DNA from: Alphaproteobacteria bacterium | GTDB lineage: Bacteria; Pseudomonadota; Alphaproteobacteria; Bin95 | Reading direction: 5' to 3' | DNA length: 64,000 nt | Assembly (NCBI GenBank): GCA_965205265.1 | Contig: CBDBGH010000003.1 | Coordinates: 3,872,001-3,936,000 of the forward strand | Part shown: positions 39,585 to 48,779 of the stretch, piece by piece | How positions within the stretch are numbered: position 1 is the first letter of the stretch | How the letters are laid out: the number at the start of each line of letters is the position of its first letter | Program-made: the position numbers and the translations under genes | Notes under the pieces: generated by a model | What the model was told of the DNA's origin: nothing | The model's database searches: none | The model's input: the letters and a program-made list of their open reading frames with translations, nothing else

Positions 39585-41000
39585 ATGGACGGCGCCGGCA
39601 TCGCGCAGACGGCGGCGACGCTCACAGGGGCGCTCGCCCGCTTCGGCGCCGCCTTCTCGCTCGGCGACGTGCCGGAGGATGACCGGCATTATGCGAAGCT
39701 GCTGGCGCTCGACCTGTTCGGCTGCGCGCTTGCCGGGCTCGACACGGAAGAGGCCCGATTGGCGCGCCGGGCCGCTCACTCCCTCTCCCCTGGCGGCGGC
39801 GGCAGTGCCTCGATATGGGGCGCGGGCGAGGCGGCAGCGCCCGGCGTGGCGGCGATGGTCAACGGCACGGCCGCCCATGCGCTGGAGCTCGACGATTTCC
39901 ACGGGGTGGACCATTCGGGCGCGGTGACGCTGCCTGCGCTGATGGCGGCGGCGGATACGGGCGGCGAGGCGGACGGCCGGCGCGTCCTCGAAGGCATGAT
40001 ATTCGGCTACGAGGTCGGCCGCCGGCTTCTCGACGGCGCGGGCGGATACCGCCGCCACAACGCCGCCGGCTGGCACACGACCGGCACGCTCGGCAGCTAT
40101 GCCGCCGCGGCCGCGGTCGCGAAACTCCTCGGCCTCGACGGGCAGCGCACGGCCTGGGCGCTCGGCATCGCCGGCAGCTTCACCGGCGGCACATGGGCGT
40201 TCAGCGGGGACGGCGCGATGAGCAAGCGCTACCACGCGGGCGCCGCCGCCCAGACCGGCCTGCAGGCGGCCTTCCTTGCGCGCGAGGGCTTCACCGGGCC
40301 GGCGGCGGTGCTGGAGGCGGAGCGCGGCGGCTATTTCCCGCTCTACGGCGAGGGCATGACGCCGGCGGCTCGCGCCGCGGCCGACGGCCTCGGCCGGGAT
40401 TTCCGCATCGGCTGGGCCGGGGTCAAGGTCTATGCCTGCTGCCGGGGCATCCACAGCGCGCTCGACGTGGCGCTGGCGTTCCGGCGGGAACACGGCTTGC
40501 GCGCGGAGGAGATCGAAAGCGTGCATGTGCTCTGCACGCCGGTGCAGAAGGGCCAACTCGGGCTCACCCTGCCGAAGACGCGCATCGAGGCCCAGTTCAG
40601 CCTGCCCTACAGCACGGCCGTCGCCTTCCTGCACGGCGAGGCGGGCTACGAGTTCTTCACCGAAAAATGGATCGGCGACCCGGAGATCGAGGCGCTGGCC
40701 GCCAGGGTGGCGCTGGAGGCGGACGAAAGCCGGTCGCTGGAGGAAGAACCCGTGATAACGGTAAGAACGCGCGACGGCCGGGTCTTCACCGGCCAGCAGC
40801 CCGTCCCCGTCGGCGATCCCGCCAACCCCGTGCCGGAGGCCGATATCCGCGCCAAATACCGCGCGCTCGCCGGCCGCCACCTCGCGCCGGAGACCGTCCG
40901 CCGCCTGGAGGAAGCCGTGCTGGCCCTCGACCGCCCCGGCCGCCTCGTCGAGGTCCGGACGATCCTGGCCGCGCGGGCGGAGCGTTCCGGCAGAGAATAG
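39585..41000 (+). CDS. MmgE/PrpD family protein
   Basis: NGTAAHALELDDFH, GWHTTG, KVYACCRGIH, AQFSLPY. Confidence 0.92.
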   Translation: MDGAGIAQTAATLTGALARFGAAFSLGDVPEDDRHYAKLLALDLFGCALAGLDTEEARLARRAAHSLSPGGGGSASIWGAGEAAAPGVAAMVNGTAAHALELDDFHGVDHSGAVTLPALMAAADTGGEADGRRVLEGMIFGYEVGRRLLDGAGGYRRHNAAGWHTTGTLGSYAAAAAVAKLLGLDGQRTAWALGIAGSFTGGTWAFSGDGAMSKRYHAGAAAQTGLQAAFLAREGFTGPAAVLEAERGGYFPLYGEGMTPAARAAADGLGRDFRIGWAGVKVYACCRGIHSALDVALAFRREHGLRAEEIESVHVLCTPVQKGQLGLTLPKTRIEAQFSLPYSTAVAFLHGEAGYEFFTEKWIGDPEIEALAARVALEADESRSLEEEPVITVRTRDGRVFTGQQPVPVGDPANPVPEADIRAKYRALAGRHLAPETVRRLEEAVLALDRPGRLVEVRTILAARAERSGRE

Positions 41001-41066
41001 GGCGCGGTTCCGCCGGGAGAGAATCGACCGATCGCGTCCCGGCCAACGGCTTCGACTGGAGCGCGC

Positions 41067-41315
41067 CTAGTTCCGCCGCGCCTGGACGAGGACGCCGACG
41101 ATGGTTTCCTCGCCCAGGGACCGGCACGCCTCCAGACGCTGAAGGCCTTCGACCAGCACCAGGCGCTTGCCGTCCTGGCGCACCAGGATCGGCGTGCGCT
41201 GACCCTCTTCCAGTATGCTCTCGGCGATTGCCTGGACGGCTGCAGGATCGACGGTGCGGCGCCGCTTCATCGGAATGTAGATGTCGGCGATCCTGAAGAC
41301 CTGGTCTCTCAACAT
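41067..41315 (-). CDS. Stand-alone ParB/Srx N-terminal domain protein
   Basis: VQAIAESILEEGQRTPILVR...LVEGLQRLEACRSLG. Confidence 0.83.
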   Translation of the reverse strand: MLRDQVFRIADIYIPMKRRRTVDPAAVQAIAESILEEGQRTPILVRQDGKRLVLVEGLQRLEACRSLGEETIVGVLVQARRN

Positions 41316-41525
41316 GCCTCAGCTTCTCACGCGCGGACGGCCCGTGAAAGGATTCCCTTCCCCGGCACGCCACCACCGCTTTGCCGAAGGCCCCGGAGGG
41401 CTTTACCGGCCCTGCCTTTTCCGAAGGGTCGGAGCCCTGCCGGGAGCAATATCTGCCTCCCGCGCAAGCCTATAAGCGGCCATCGGCGCGGAGGCGGGCT
41501 TCGACCTCTTCCATGTGCGCAGCCG

Positions 41526-42251
41526 CTACACCGCCCGCCCGAGCTGCTCCCTCAGCGCCTTGCGCTTCACCTCGGCGACCGCGCCGCGCGGCAGGTGGCC
41601 GAGCTGGAAGGGGCCGTAGGCGATGCGGATGAGCCGGTTGACCGGGTGGCCGAGATGTTCCAGCACCCGGCGGACCTCGCGGTTGCGGCCCTCGGCGAGC
41701 GCGACGGTGAGCCAGGCATTGCCGCCGCGCTGCTCGTCGAGGCTCGCCGCGACCGGCCCGTAGCGCCAGCCGTCGATCTCGACGCCGCCGGCGAGCCGCG
41801 CCAGGCGCCCCTCATCGACCCGGCCCCGCACCCGCGCCCGGTAGCGCCTGACCCAGCCGCGCGACGGCAGTTCGAGCTCGCGGGCGAGCCCGCCGTCGTT
41901 CGTCAGCAGCAGCAGGCCCTCCGAGGCAAGGTCGAGCCGGCCGACGCTCACCACGCGCGGCAGGTGGGCCGGCAGGCTTTCGAACACGGTCGGCCGGCCT
42001 TCCGGGTCGCGGTCGGTCGTCACCAGCCCGGCCGGCTTGTGGTAGCGCCAGAGGCGGGCCGGCTCCGGGGCGGCAAGGGGGGCGCCATCCACCTCCACGA
42101 GGTCCTGCGGCCCGACATTCACCGCCGGGTCCCGGAGCGCCTTACCGTTCAGGCTCACGCGCCCGGCGAGGATGCGCCGCTCGGCCTCGCGCCGAGAGCA
42201 GACGCCGGCCCGCGCGATGCGTTTCGCGATGCGCTCGCCGTCCCCGTTCAC
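41526..42251 (-). CDS. rluB: RsuA/RluB family pseudouridine synthase
   Basis: S4 domain ERIAKRIARAGVCSRREAE; VGRLDLASEGLLLLTNDG; EGRNREVRR. Confidence 0.88.
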   Translation of the reverse strand: MNGDGERIAKRIARAGVCSRREAERRILAGRVSLNGKALRDPAVNVGPQDLVEVDGAPLAAPEPARLWRYHKPAGLVTTDRDPEGRPTVFESLPAHLPRVVSVGRLDLASEGLLLLTNDGGLARELELPSRGWVRRYRARVRGRVDEGRLARLAGGVEIDGWRYGPVAASLDEQRGGNAWLTVALAEGRNREVRRVLEHLGHPVNRLIRIAYGPFQLGHLPRGAVAEVKRKALREQLGRAV

Positions 42252-42973
42252 GGCATGGCGTCGCGCGCTGCTTCCACGAAGGCCTCGACGATGCGCGCGT
42301 CGCCGGGGTCGATATGGAACTCCGGGTGCCACTGCACGCCGAGGCAGAAGCGGTAGCCCGGCGCCTCGATGCCCTCGATCACGCCGTCCGGCGCGCGCGC
42401 ATTGACGATGACGCCCGGCGGCTCGTCGGCGGCGGCCTGGTGGTGGGCGCTGTTGACGCTGAGCGGCCCCGCCCCGACGATCTCCGCCAGCCGCGTGCCG
42501 GGCCGGACGGCGACCTCGTGGCCGGGCTCGGTGCGCGGGTTCGCCTGCTCATGGGCGAGCGCGCCCGGCACCTCGTCCGGGATATGCTGGATCAGCCGCC
42601 CGCCCAGCGCCACATGCAGCAATTGCTGGCCGCCGCAAATCCCGAGCAACGGCATGTCGCGGGCGAGCGCGCCCTCCACCATGGCGAGCTCGAAATCGGT
42701 GCGCCCGGGCTTGAGCGAGACGGTCTCGTGCCGTTCCGCCGCGCCGAACAGCGCCGGATCGACGTCGAAGGCCCCGCCCGTGACCATGAGCCCGTCTATG
42801 CGGTCGAGATAGGCCCCGGCATGGGTCCTTTCATGCGGCAGCAGCAGGGGGATGGCGCCGGCCGCGCTCACCGCGCCCGCATAGTTGCAGCGCAGCGCAT
42901 ACCACGGCAGGCTGGAATAGCCGCCGGCGGGTTCCCGATCGACGGTAAGGCCGATGACTGGAAGGCGCGCCAT
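42248..42973 (-). CDS. Gamma-glutamyl-gamma-aminobutyrate hydrolase family (peptidase C26)
   Basis: LLGICGGQQ, VNSAHHQ, GVQWHPE. Confidence 0.92.
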   Translation of the reverse strand: MARLPVIGLTVDREPAGGYSSLPWYALRCNYAGAVSAAGAIPLLLPHERTHAGAYLDRIDGLMVTGGAFDVDPALFGAAERHETVSLKPGRTDFELAMVEGALARDMPLLGICGGQQLLHVALGGRLIQHIPDEVPGALAHEQANPRTEPGHEVAVRPGTRLAEIVGAGPLSVNSAHHQAAADEPPGVIVNARAPDGVIEGIEAPGYRFCLGVQWHPEFHIDPGDARIVEAFVEAARDAMP

Positions 42974-43001
42974 GGCGCCCATCTACACGCTTCGCCGGGC
43001 A

Positions 43002-43439
43002 ATGCAACGGGCGCTTCGGCTGGCGGAGGCGGCCGCGGCCCGCACGCCCGCCGATGCGCCGGTGGGCGCGGTGCTGCTGAGCGCGGACGGAACGGCGCTG
43101 GCGGAGGCGCATAACGAGGTCGAGGCGGCAGCCGACCCGACGGCCCATGCGGAGATGCTGGCGCTCCGCCGGGGTGCCGCCAGGCTCGGCCGGCCGCGCC
43201 TCGACGGCTGCACCCTAGTCGTCACGCTCGAGCCCTGCGCAATGTGCGCGCAGGCGGCAGCGCACGCCCGGATCGCGCGGCTCGTCTTCGGCGCCTGGGA
43301 CCCGAAGGGCGGCGGCGTGGACCACGGCGCGCGCGTCTTCGACCGCGAAACCTGCACCCACCGCCCGGAAGTCTTGGGCGGCCTGATGGAAGCCGAAGCC
43401 GCCGCCCTGCTGACGGCGTTTTTTCGTGCGCGGCGGTAG
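43002..43439 (+). CDS. tadA: tRNA adenosine deaminase
   Basis: PVGAVL, DPTAHAEMLALR, TLEPCAMC, GAWDPKGG; start uncertain (42972 or 43002). Confidence 0.87.
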   Translation: MQRALRLAEAAAARTPADAPVGAVLLSADGTALAEAHNEVEAAADPTAHAEMLALRRGAARLGRPRLDGCTLVVTLEPCAMCAQAAAHARIARLVFGAWDPKGGGVDHGARVFDRETCTHRPEVLGGLMEAEAAALLTAFFRARR

Positions 43440-43477
43440 TGCGCGGCTCGACCCGCGAAAGTCTCCCGGCCCCCAAA

Positions 43478-43572
43478 CGTCGCCCCGGACCCCGATCCGG
43501 GGCCTCGTGCAACAAGGGCAATGCTGGACGGAGACCCCGGCTCGACGCTGGTGCGCCGTCCGGGGTGACGCA
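43478..43572. repeat. REP-like palindrome pair
   Basis: CCCCGGACCCCGATCCGGGG (also at ~62989) and ACCCCGGCTCGACGC...GCCGTCCGGGGTGACG. Confidence 0.6.
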
Positions 43573-43652
43573 AGAAGCGTGAGGACCGCCAGCCGCTTGA
43601 CGGCGCCGGGCGGGCGTTCCATAAGGACGGCGATGCCGGCTTTGCGCCGGCT

Positions 43653-43702
43653 CCGCGGGATTTGATCGGGCAGCTTGCAGCCGCGTCACCAAGTGCTAAA
43701 GC
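43653..43702 (+). ncRNA. SAM-II (SAM-alpha) riboswitch
   Basis: CGCGG-GATTTG...GCTTGCAG-CCGCG...CAAGTGCTAAAG matches the alphaproteobacterial SAM-II pattern; directly upstream of metZ. Confidence 0.82.
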
Positions 43703-43755
43703 GCCACGGAAAGCGTTTCCGTGGGCCCGCCAACCGGCAACCCAGGGAGACGCTC

Positions 43756-44976
43756 ATGCCCCGATTGCCCGACCCGCTCCATGCGGACACGACCGCCGTT
43801 CACGGCGGCATCCAGCGCAGCCAGTTCGACGAGACCGCCGAGGCCCTCTACCTCACCTCCGGCTATGTCTACGGCACGGCCGAGGAGGCCGCCGAGGCCT
43901 TCGACGGCGAGCGCGACCGCTACATCTACAGCCGCTACGGCAACCCGACGGTGCAGATGTTCATCGACCGGCTGTGCGCCATCGAGGGCGCGGAGGCGGG
44001 CGCGGCGATGGCGAGCGGCATGTCGGCCGTGTTCACCGCGCTCATCGCGCTCTTGCGCAGCGGCGACCGGCTGGTCGGCTCGCGGGCGCTGTTCGGCTCC
44101 TGCGCCCATATCTGCACCCATATCCTGCCGCGCTACGGCATCGAGACGGAGCTTATCGACGGCAATGACCGGGCGGCCTGGGAGCGGGCGCTCTCGCAGC
44201 CGGCGAAGGCGGTGTTCCTGGAGACGCCCACCAACCCGCAGCTCGACATCATCGACTTGAAGGCGGTCTCGGAGCTGGCGCATGCCGCGGGCGCGCAGGT
44301 GGTCATCGACAATGTGTTCGCGACGCCGCTGCTGCAGAAGCCGCTGGAGCTCGGCGCCGACGTGGTCGTCTATTCCGCCACCAAGCATATCGACGGGCAG
44401 GGCCGCTGCCTCGGCGGGGCGATCCTCGGCACGCGGAAATTCTGCAACGAGGACCTCCAGCCCTTCATCCGCCATACCGGCCCCAGCATGAGCCCCTTCA
44501 ACGCCTGGGTGCTGCTCAAGGGCCTGGAGACGCTGGCGGTCCGGGTCGAGCGCCAGTGCCGCACGGCGATGGAGGTCGCGCGCTGGCTGGAGGGCCGCGC
44601 CGGCGTGAAGCGGGTCATCTACCCCTTCCTCGATTCCCACCCGCAGGCGGCGCTCGCGCGCCGGCAGATGAAGGACGGCGGCACCGTCGTCACCTTCGAG
44701 ATCGAGGGCGGGCGGGGGCAGGCGTTCGCCCTCCTGAACGCGCTCCGCCTCATCCCGATCTCCAACAATCTGGGCGACGCCAAGAGCATCGTCACGCACC
44801 CGGCCTCGACGACCCACCACCGGATCGGGGCGGAAGGCCGCGCCGCCGTCGGCATCGGCGAGGACATGATCCGCCTCTCCCTCGGCCTCGAACACGGGCC
44901 GGACCTCATCCGCGACCTCGATCGCGCCATCGCCGCCGCCGGCCTCGGGACGGGCTGCCGGGGGCGGGAGATGTAG
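43756..44976 (+). CDS. metZ: O-succinylhomoserine sulfhydrylase
   Basis: ETAEALYLTSGY, YSRYGNPTV, YSATKHIDGQGR, ISNNLGDAKS. Confidence 0.94.
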   Translation: MPRLPDPLHADTTAVHGGIQRSQFDETAEALYLTSGYVYGTAEEAAEAFDGERDRYIYSRYGNPTVQMFIDRLCAIEGAEAGAAMASGMSAVFTALIALLRSGDRLVGSRALFGSCAHICTHILPRYGIETELIDGNDRAAWERALSQPAKAVFLETPTNPQLDIIDLKAVSELAHAAGAQVVIDNVFATPLLQKPLELGADVVVYSATKHIDGQGRCLGGAILGTRKFCNEDLQPFIRHTGPSMSPFNAWVLLKGLETLAVRVERQCRTAMEVARWLEGRAGVKRVIYPFLDSHPQAALARRQMKDGGTVVTFEIEGGRGQAFALLNALRLIPISNNLGDAKSIVTHPASTTHHRIGAEGRAAVGIGEDMIRLSLGLEHGPDLIRDLDRAIAAAGLGTGCRGREM

Positions 44977-45023
44977 CGGCAGGCGTCCTTCCGCAGACCT
45001 TCGCGGGTCCGGTACATGGGCTG

Positions 45024-45380
45024 CTACGCCGCCATCACCCGCTGGAGCGAATGGCGCCGGTTGCGGGTGTGCGGGCGCACCTCGCCGGGCCAGCGCCCGC
45101 GCTCGACCGCCTCCGCCCACGCCGCGCTCTTCATGACGTCGGGGCTTTCGATCTCGTAGATGGCGTGCCATGTCGGGGTCTCGCCGCGTGCCACGGACCT
45201 GAGCTCGCCGCCCATCGACACCTCGAAGTCCAGCGCCTTCAGGCGCGTGACCGCTATCACGCCCGGCACCTCCAGCAGGTAGGGCACGTGCTCGGTGTCG
45301 TAGACTTCGTTGAACAGATCCTCCTTCTCCGGGTCCACATCCATGCTTGCGATGAAGACGTAGCGGGTGCCGATGGGCAT
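45024..45380 (-). CDS. EthD/DUF4286-like dimeric alpha+beta barrel protein
   Basis: EDLFNEVYDTEHVPYLLEVPGV, AIYEIES. Confidence 0.72.
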   Translation of the reverse strand: MPIGTRYVFIASMDVDPEKEDLFNEVYDTEHVPYLLEVPGVIAVTRLKALDFEVSMGGELRSVARGETPTWHAIYEIESPDVMKSAAWAEAVERGRWPGEVRPHTRNRRHSLQRVMAA

Positions 45381-45552
45381 GTCGGTGCTCCTCGTTTGCG
45401 GACGGCCAAGCGTACCCGATCGGCGTCCAATCTGCGCGCCGGACAAGAGCCTCGTCGAATTGGCCAACGAACAATGGCTCCGGCGCCCGCAATTCGCCCG
45501 AAGCCGGCCGCAGGGTTGCCGGCCTCGGGCCGGGAACGGCGGCGCGGGCGCC

Positions 45553-46575
45553 TTACTGCCGCGCCTTCACGGCCTCGCCCGCATCCCAGGCATCGACATG
45601 GCTGAGCAGGAGCGGGGAGAACGCGAAGGAAATCCGGCCGGGCGCGGGGATATGCGCATGGAGACCGTCTGCCGCGAGCGCTGCGGCCAGTTCCCCGGCA
45701 TGCGCGCGCGCCAGCACGACATGCGCGCTGCGGGAGGCGGGCGCGAGCGGGTCCGGTTCGCCGAGTGCGCCCAGAAATACCGCCGCGAGCGTGCGGGCCT
45801 TCCAGCCGAGCGCCTCGATATCGGCGCCGGCGAGCCTGTCGAGCGCGCCGTCGAGCGCCGCGAGCGCCAGCGCGGACGGCGCGGGCAGCGCTTCCAGCGC
45901 GCCGGCGAACGCGCCCGCGGCATGGACCCAGGCCGGCGCGCCGGGTCCGCCGCAGAGGAAGCCGCAGCCCCGCCCGACCGCCGCCTCCACGCCCGAGCGC
46001 TCCAGCGCGGCCGGCAGCACGCCCGCCGTCTCCGAGAGGTCGAAGGCGGCGAGCGCGCCGGCCTCGCGGGCCTGCCGGGCAAGCGCGGCGATGTCGCGAA
46101 GCGCGCCCGTCGCCGGGTCGAGGCGGCGGGCCAGCAGCAGCGTGTCGCCGTCGAGCCCGGCCTCGGGCGTCTCGGCTTCCGCGACGGCGCGGCCCTGCGC
46201 GGCGAGCCGGGCCAGCAGGGCGGGAAATTCGCCCGGCGCGGCGAGAACGCGCTGGCGGCCGGCAGCGAAGGCGGCGTCGGCGAGCACTTCCAGCGCATCG
46301 TTTGCCGTGGCGGCGAAGCCGAGCCGCTCCGGCGGCGCGCCCAGAAGCGGCGCCAGCTTCTCCGCCGCCGCCCCGGCAAGCCCGCCGCCGTCGGAGAAGC
46401 CCGCGCCCCACTCGACATGCATGAAGCTTGCGAGCCGCGCCCTCGCCTCGCGGGTCAGCGGCCCCAGCCGGTCGCTGTCGAGGCGCAGCGTCCCGGCCGG
46501 CACGAGGAAGCCGTCGCGCAGATAGGCGAGCGGGTCGCCGGCATCCAGCGCCATGCAGTCCGCCCGCGCCGTCAT
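45553..46575 (-). CDS. Kynureninase-like fold-type-I protein lacking the PLP lysine
   Basis: LDAGDPLAYLRDGF, DSDRLGP, FDLSETAG, GRGCGFLCGGPGAP, FSPL; degenerate relative to KynU. Confidence 0.7.
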   Translation of the reverse strand: MTARADCMALDAGDPLAYLRDGFLVPAGTLRLDSDRLGPLTREARARLASFMHVEWGAGFSDGGGLAGAAAEKLAPLLGAPPERLGFAATANDALEVLADAAFAAGRQRVLAAPGEFPALLARLAAQGRAVAEAETPEAGLDGDTLLLARRLDPATGALRDIAALARQAREAGALAAFDLSETAGVLPAALERSGVEAAVGRGCGFLCGGPGAPAWVHAAGAFAGALEALPAPSALALAALDGALDRLAGADIEALGWKARTLAAVFLGALGEPDPLAPASRSAHVVLARAHAGELAAALAADGLHAHIPAPGRISFAFSPLLLSHVDAWDAGEAVKARQ

Positions 46576-47381
46576 CGGTCCGCGAACAGCAGTTCGGCCG
46601 CGCGCCGGGCCATGCCCGCATTGTCGTGGCCGACGCCGGGGGCGGTGTGCAGCTCCCAGGCGAAGGGCGCGGGCAGGAGGCGCGCCATGTCCTCGCCCGC
46701 GGCGTAGAAATACCGGCCGCGGGCCAGGCGGTGCGGCCCCTGCGCCATCGCTTCCGGCGATTTCAGCAGCATGGGCGCGTCGGTGACGGTGTCTTCCTCG
46801 CCGAGCAGCACCATGAGCCGCACGGAGAGGGCGGCGGCGAGCGCCTCGTCGTCCATGGCGAGTCCCGTGAGGCCGTAGGGATAGCGCTCCTCCTCGCGCG
46901 GCACGGTGTAGGCGCCGGCATTGGCGGCCACGGCCGCCTCGATGCGCGCGCGCCGCGCGAACAGCGCCATGCGGTGGACGAACTGCCCGCCGGCGGAATG
47001 GCCGTAGAGAAAATAGCGCCGGGCTTCCGCGCCGCTCCAGGCGCAGGCGGCGTCGAAGGCGCTCTCGACCACGCCGAAGCTCCAGTCTTCCTCCGGCAGG
47101 AAGGCGCGCCGGTCCGGCGTGCGCATATTGCCGACCTCGTATTCGCGCGGGCCCGGAAACTGCTCGCGGTCGAATTCGGGCGCCGCGACCAGCACACGAT
47201 GGCGCTCGGCATGCTCGGCCCAGACATCGCGGTAGTCGGCGGCATTGCGCCGGTAGCCGTGCAGCACGACCAGCACCGGATCGGCCGGCCGCCAGGCCGC
47301 CGGCCGCCAGAGATGGGTGCGGACGGCGACATCTCCCTCGGTCGGACGGCGGTGCGGAACGGTGATCTCCGCCGCGCTCAC
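46572..47381 (-). CDS. Alpha/beta hydrolase
   Basis: VLHGYRRNA, YGHSAGGQFVHR, ANAGAY, PGVGHD. Confidence 0.87.
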   Translation of the reverse strand: MSAAEITVPHRRPTEGDVAVRTHLWRPAAWRPADPVLVVLHGYRRNAADYRDVWAEHAERHRVLVAAPEFDREQFPGPREYEVGNMRTPDRRAFLPEEDWSFGVVESAFDAACAWSGAEARRYFLYGHSAGGQFVHRMALFARRARIEAAVAANAGAYTVPREEERYPYGLTGLAMDDEALAAALSVRLMVLLGEEDTVTDAPMLLKSPEAMAQGPHRLARGRYFYAAGEDMARLLPAPFAWELHTAPGVGHDNAGMARRAAELLFADR

Positions 47382-48211
47382 CGCCTCGCCTCGGTCACGT
47401 CCGTGCCGGAATACACGGCGCCCAGCATACGCTGCATCGCCGCCGTGTGGGCCGCGCAGGCCGCCGCGTCGAGGTCGGCCGCCGGCCGGGGCTCGAGCTC
47501 GAAATGCCCGTAGCGGTCCTCGCCGCGCACCAGGGTCGCGGAATCGTCGAGTTTCACCTGGCGCACATAGGTCGGGATGTAGCGGACCGCGAGGCCGATC
47601 CGCCGGTCCGCCACGCGGTTCGGCTTCGAGCCGTGCACGAGGCGGATATGGTGGAGCGAGAACTCGCCGGCCCGGAGCGGCGCATCCACGGCCAGCGCCT
47701 CGTCCACCTCCATCTCGATTTCCTGCCCGCGCGTCAGCAGGTTGTCCTCGGCGAAGCTGTCGGTGTGCGCCATCTGGTCGAGCTTGTGCGAGCCCGGCAG
47801 GAAGCGCATCGGGCCGCTCTCGAGCGGCGCGTCGGAGAGCGCCACCCAGGCGGTGACGACATCGTGGGGGTCGAGCCCCCAATAGGTCGAATCCTGGTGC
47901 CAGGAGACGAAGGCCGGGTCGTTCGCCTCCTTGATGAAGAAATTGGTCGTCCAGCAAAGCAGGTCCGGCCCCAGCAGGTCCTCCACCGCGTCGAGGATGC
48001 GCGGATGGTGGACGATCTCGTCCGCCCAGCGGAACAGCAGGTGGACCTTGTGGCGCATATTGGAATGGATCGCGTCGCCGGTCCCGGCCTCATAGGCCTC
48101 CAGCCCGTCGCGGTAGCGCCGCGCCTCAGCCGCGGAAAAGGCGCTGAGCGGAAACACGTAGCCGTCGCGGGCATAGGCCTCGATCTGGGCCTCGGTCAGC
48201 AATTTGCCCAT
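47378..48211 (-). CDS. Phytanoyl-CoA dioxygenase (PhyH) family Fe(II)/2OG enzyme
   Basis: WHQDSTYW, TAWVAL, PGSH, LVHGSKPN...RR. Confidence 0.92.
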   Translation of the reverse strand: MGKLLTEAQIEAYARDGYVFPLSAFSAAEARRYRDGLEAYEAGTGDAIHSNMRHKVHLLFRWADEIVHHPRILDAVEDLLGPDLLCWTTNFFIKEANDPAFVSWHQDSTYWGLDPHDVVTAWVALSDAPLESGPMRFLPGSHKLDQMAHTDSFAEDNLLTRGQEIEMEVDEALAVDAPLRAGEFSLHHIRLVHGSKPNRVADRRIGLAVRYIPTYVRQVKLDDSATLVRGEDRYGHFELEPRPAADLDAAACAAHTAAMQRMLGAVYSGTDVTEARR

Positions 48212-48235
48212 GGGTCTTTCCTTGCTGCTGGCGGT

Positions 48236-48736
48236 TCAGTTGCCGGTGAGGCGCGGCGTGACGGGGCGCCAGAGGCGCCCGCCGGGCGGCGCGTCGGGCT
48301 TGCCGGCGATGGCCCAGCCGCGCCAGGCGACGGTCCGGTCGAGGCCGGCGCAGCGGAGCCAGTCGAGATCGAATCCCGGGCAGTCCGCCGGCCCGTCGGC
48401 GGAGTCGACGACCGCCAGAAAGGCGTCCTCCGGCACTTCCGGCAGTGTGTGAAGGCCGTCGAACAGGTTGCGCGACCAGTCGATGATGTCCGCCTGCCAT
48501 TCCCCGAAACCGCCGCCGCCCGCGCCGCGGTAAGTCGCCCGGTCGAAGAATTCCGTCCCCGGCACGGTATGCACCGCAAGCCAGGGCGCCGGCCCGTCGT
48601 CCACCGCGCGGAAACGCTGCGAGGCCTCGAAACCGGGAAGGGCCAGCAGCGAAGCCAGTTTCGGTCCGCTGTACCATTCGGACCAGGCCGCCTCGCGCGA
48701 CCGGTCCCTGAAGCCGCACTCCACCATGTAAAGCAT
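48236..48736 (-). CDS. Hypothetical protein (EthD-like N-terminus)
   Basis: MLYMVEC...EAAWSEWY...LLALPGFEASQRF; co-oriented with PhyH. Confidence 0.65.
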   Translation of the reverse strand: MLYMVECGFRDRSREAAWSEWYSGPKLASLLALPGFEASQRFRAVDDGPAPWLAVHTVPGTEFFDRATYRGAGGGGFGEWQADIIDWSRNLFDGLHTLPEVPEDAFLAVVDSADGPADCPGFDLDWLRCAGLDRTVAWRGWAIAGKPDAPPGGRLWRPVTPRLTGN

Positions 48737-48779
48737 GAATGCGAGTATAGAAGCGCGCTGCGGGAGGCGAAAGCAGGGC

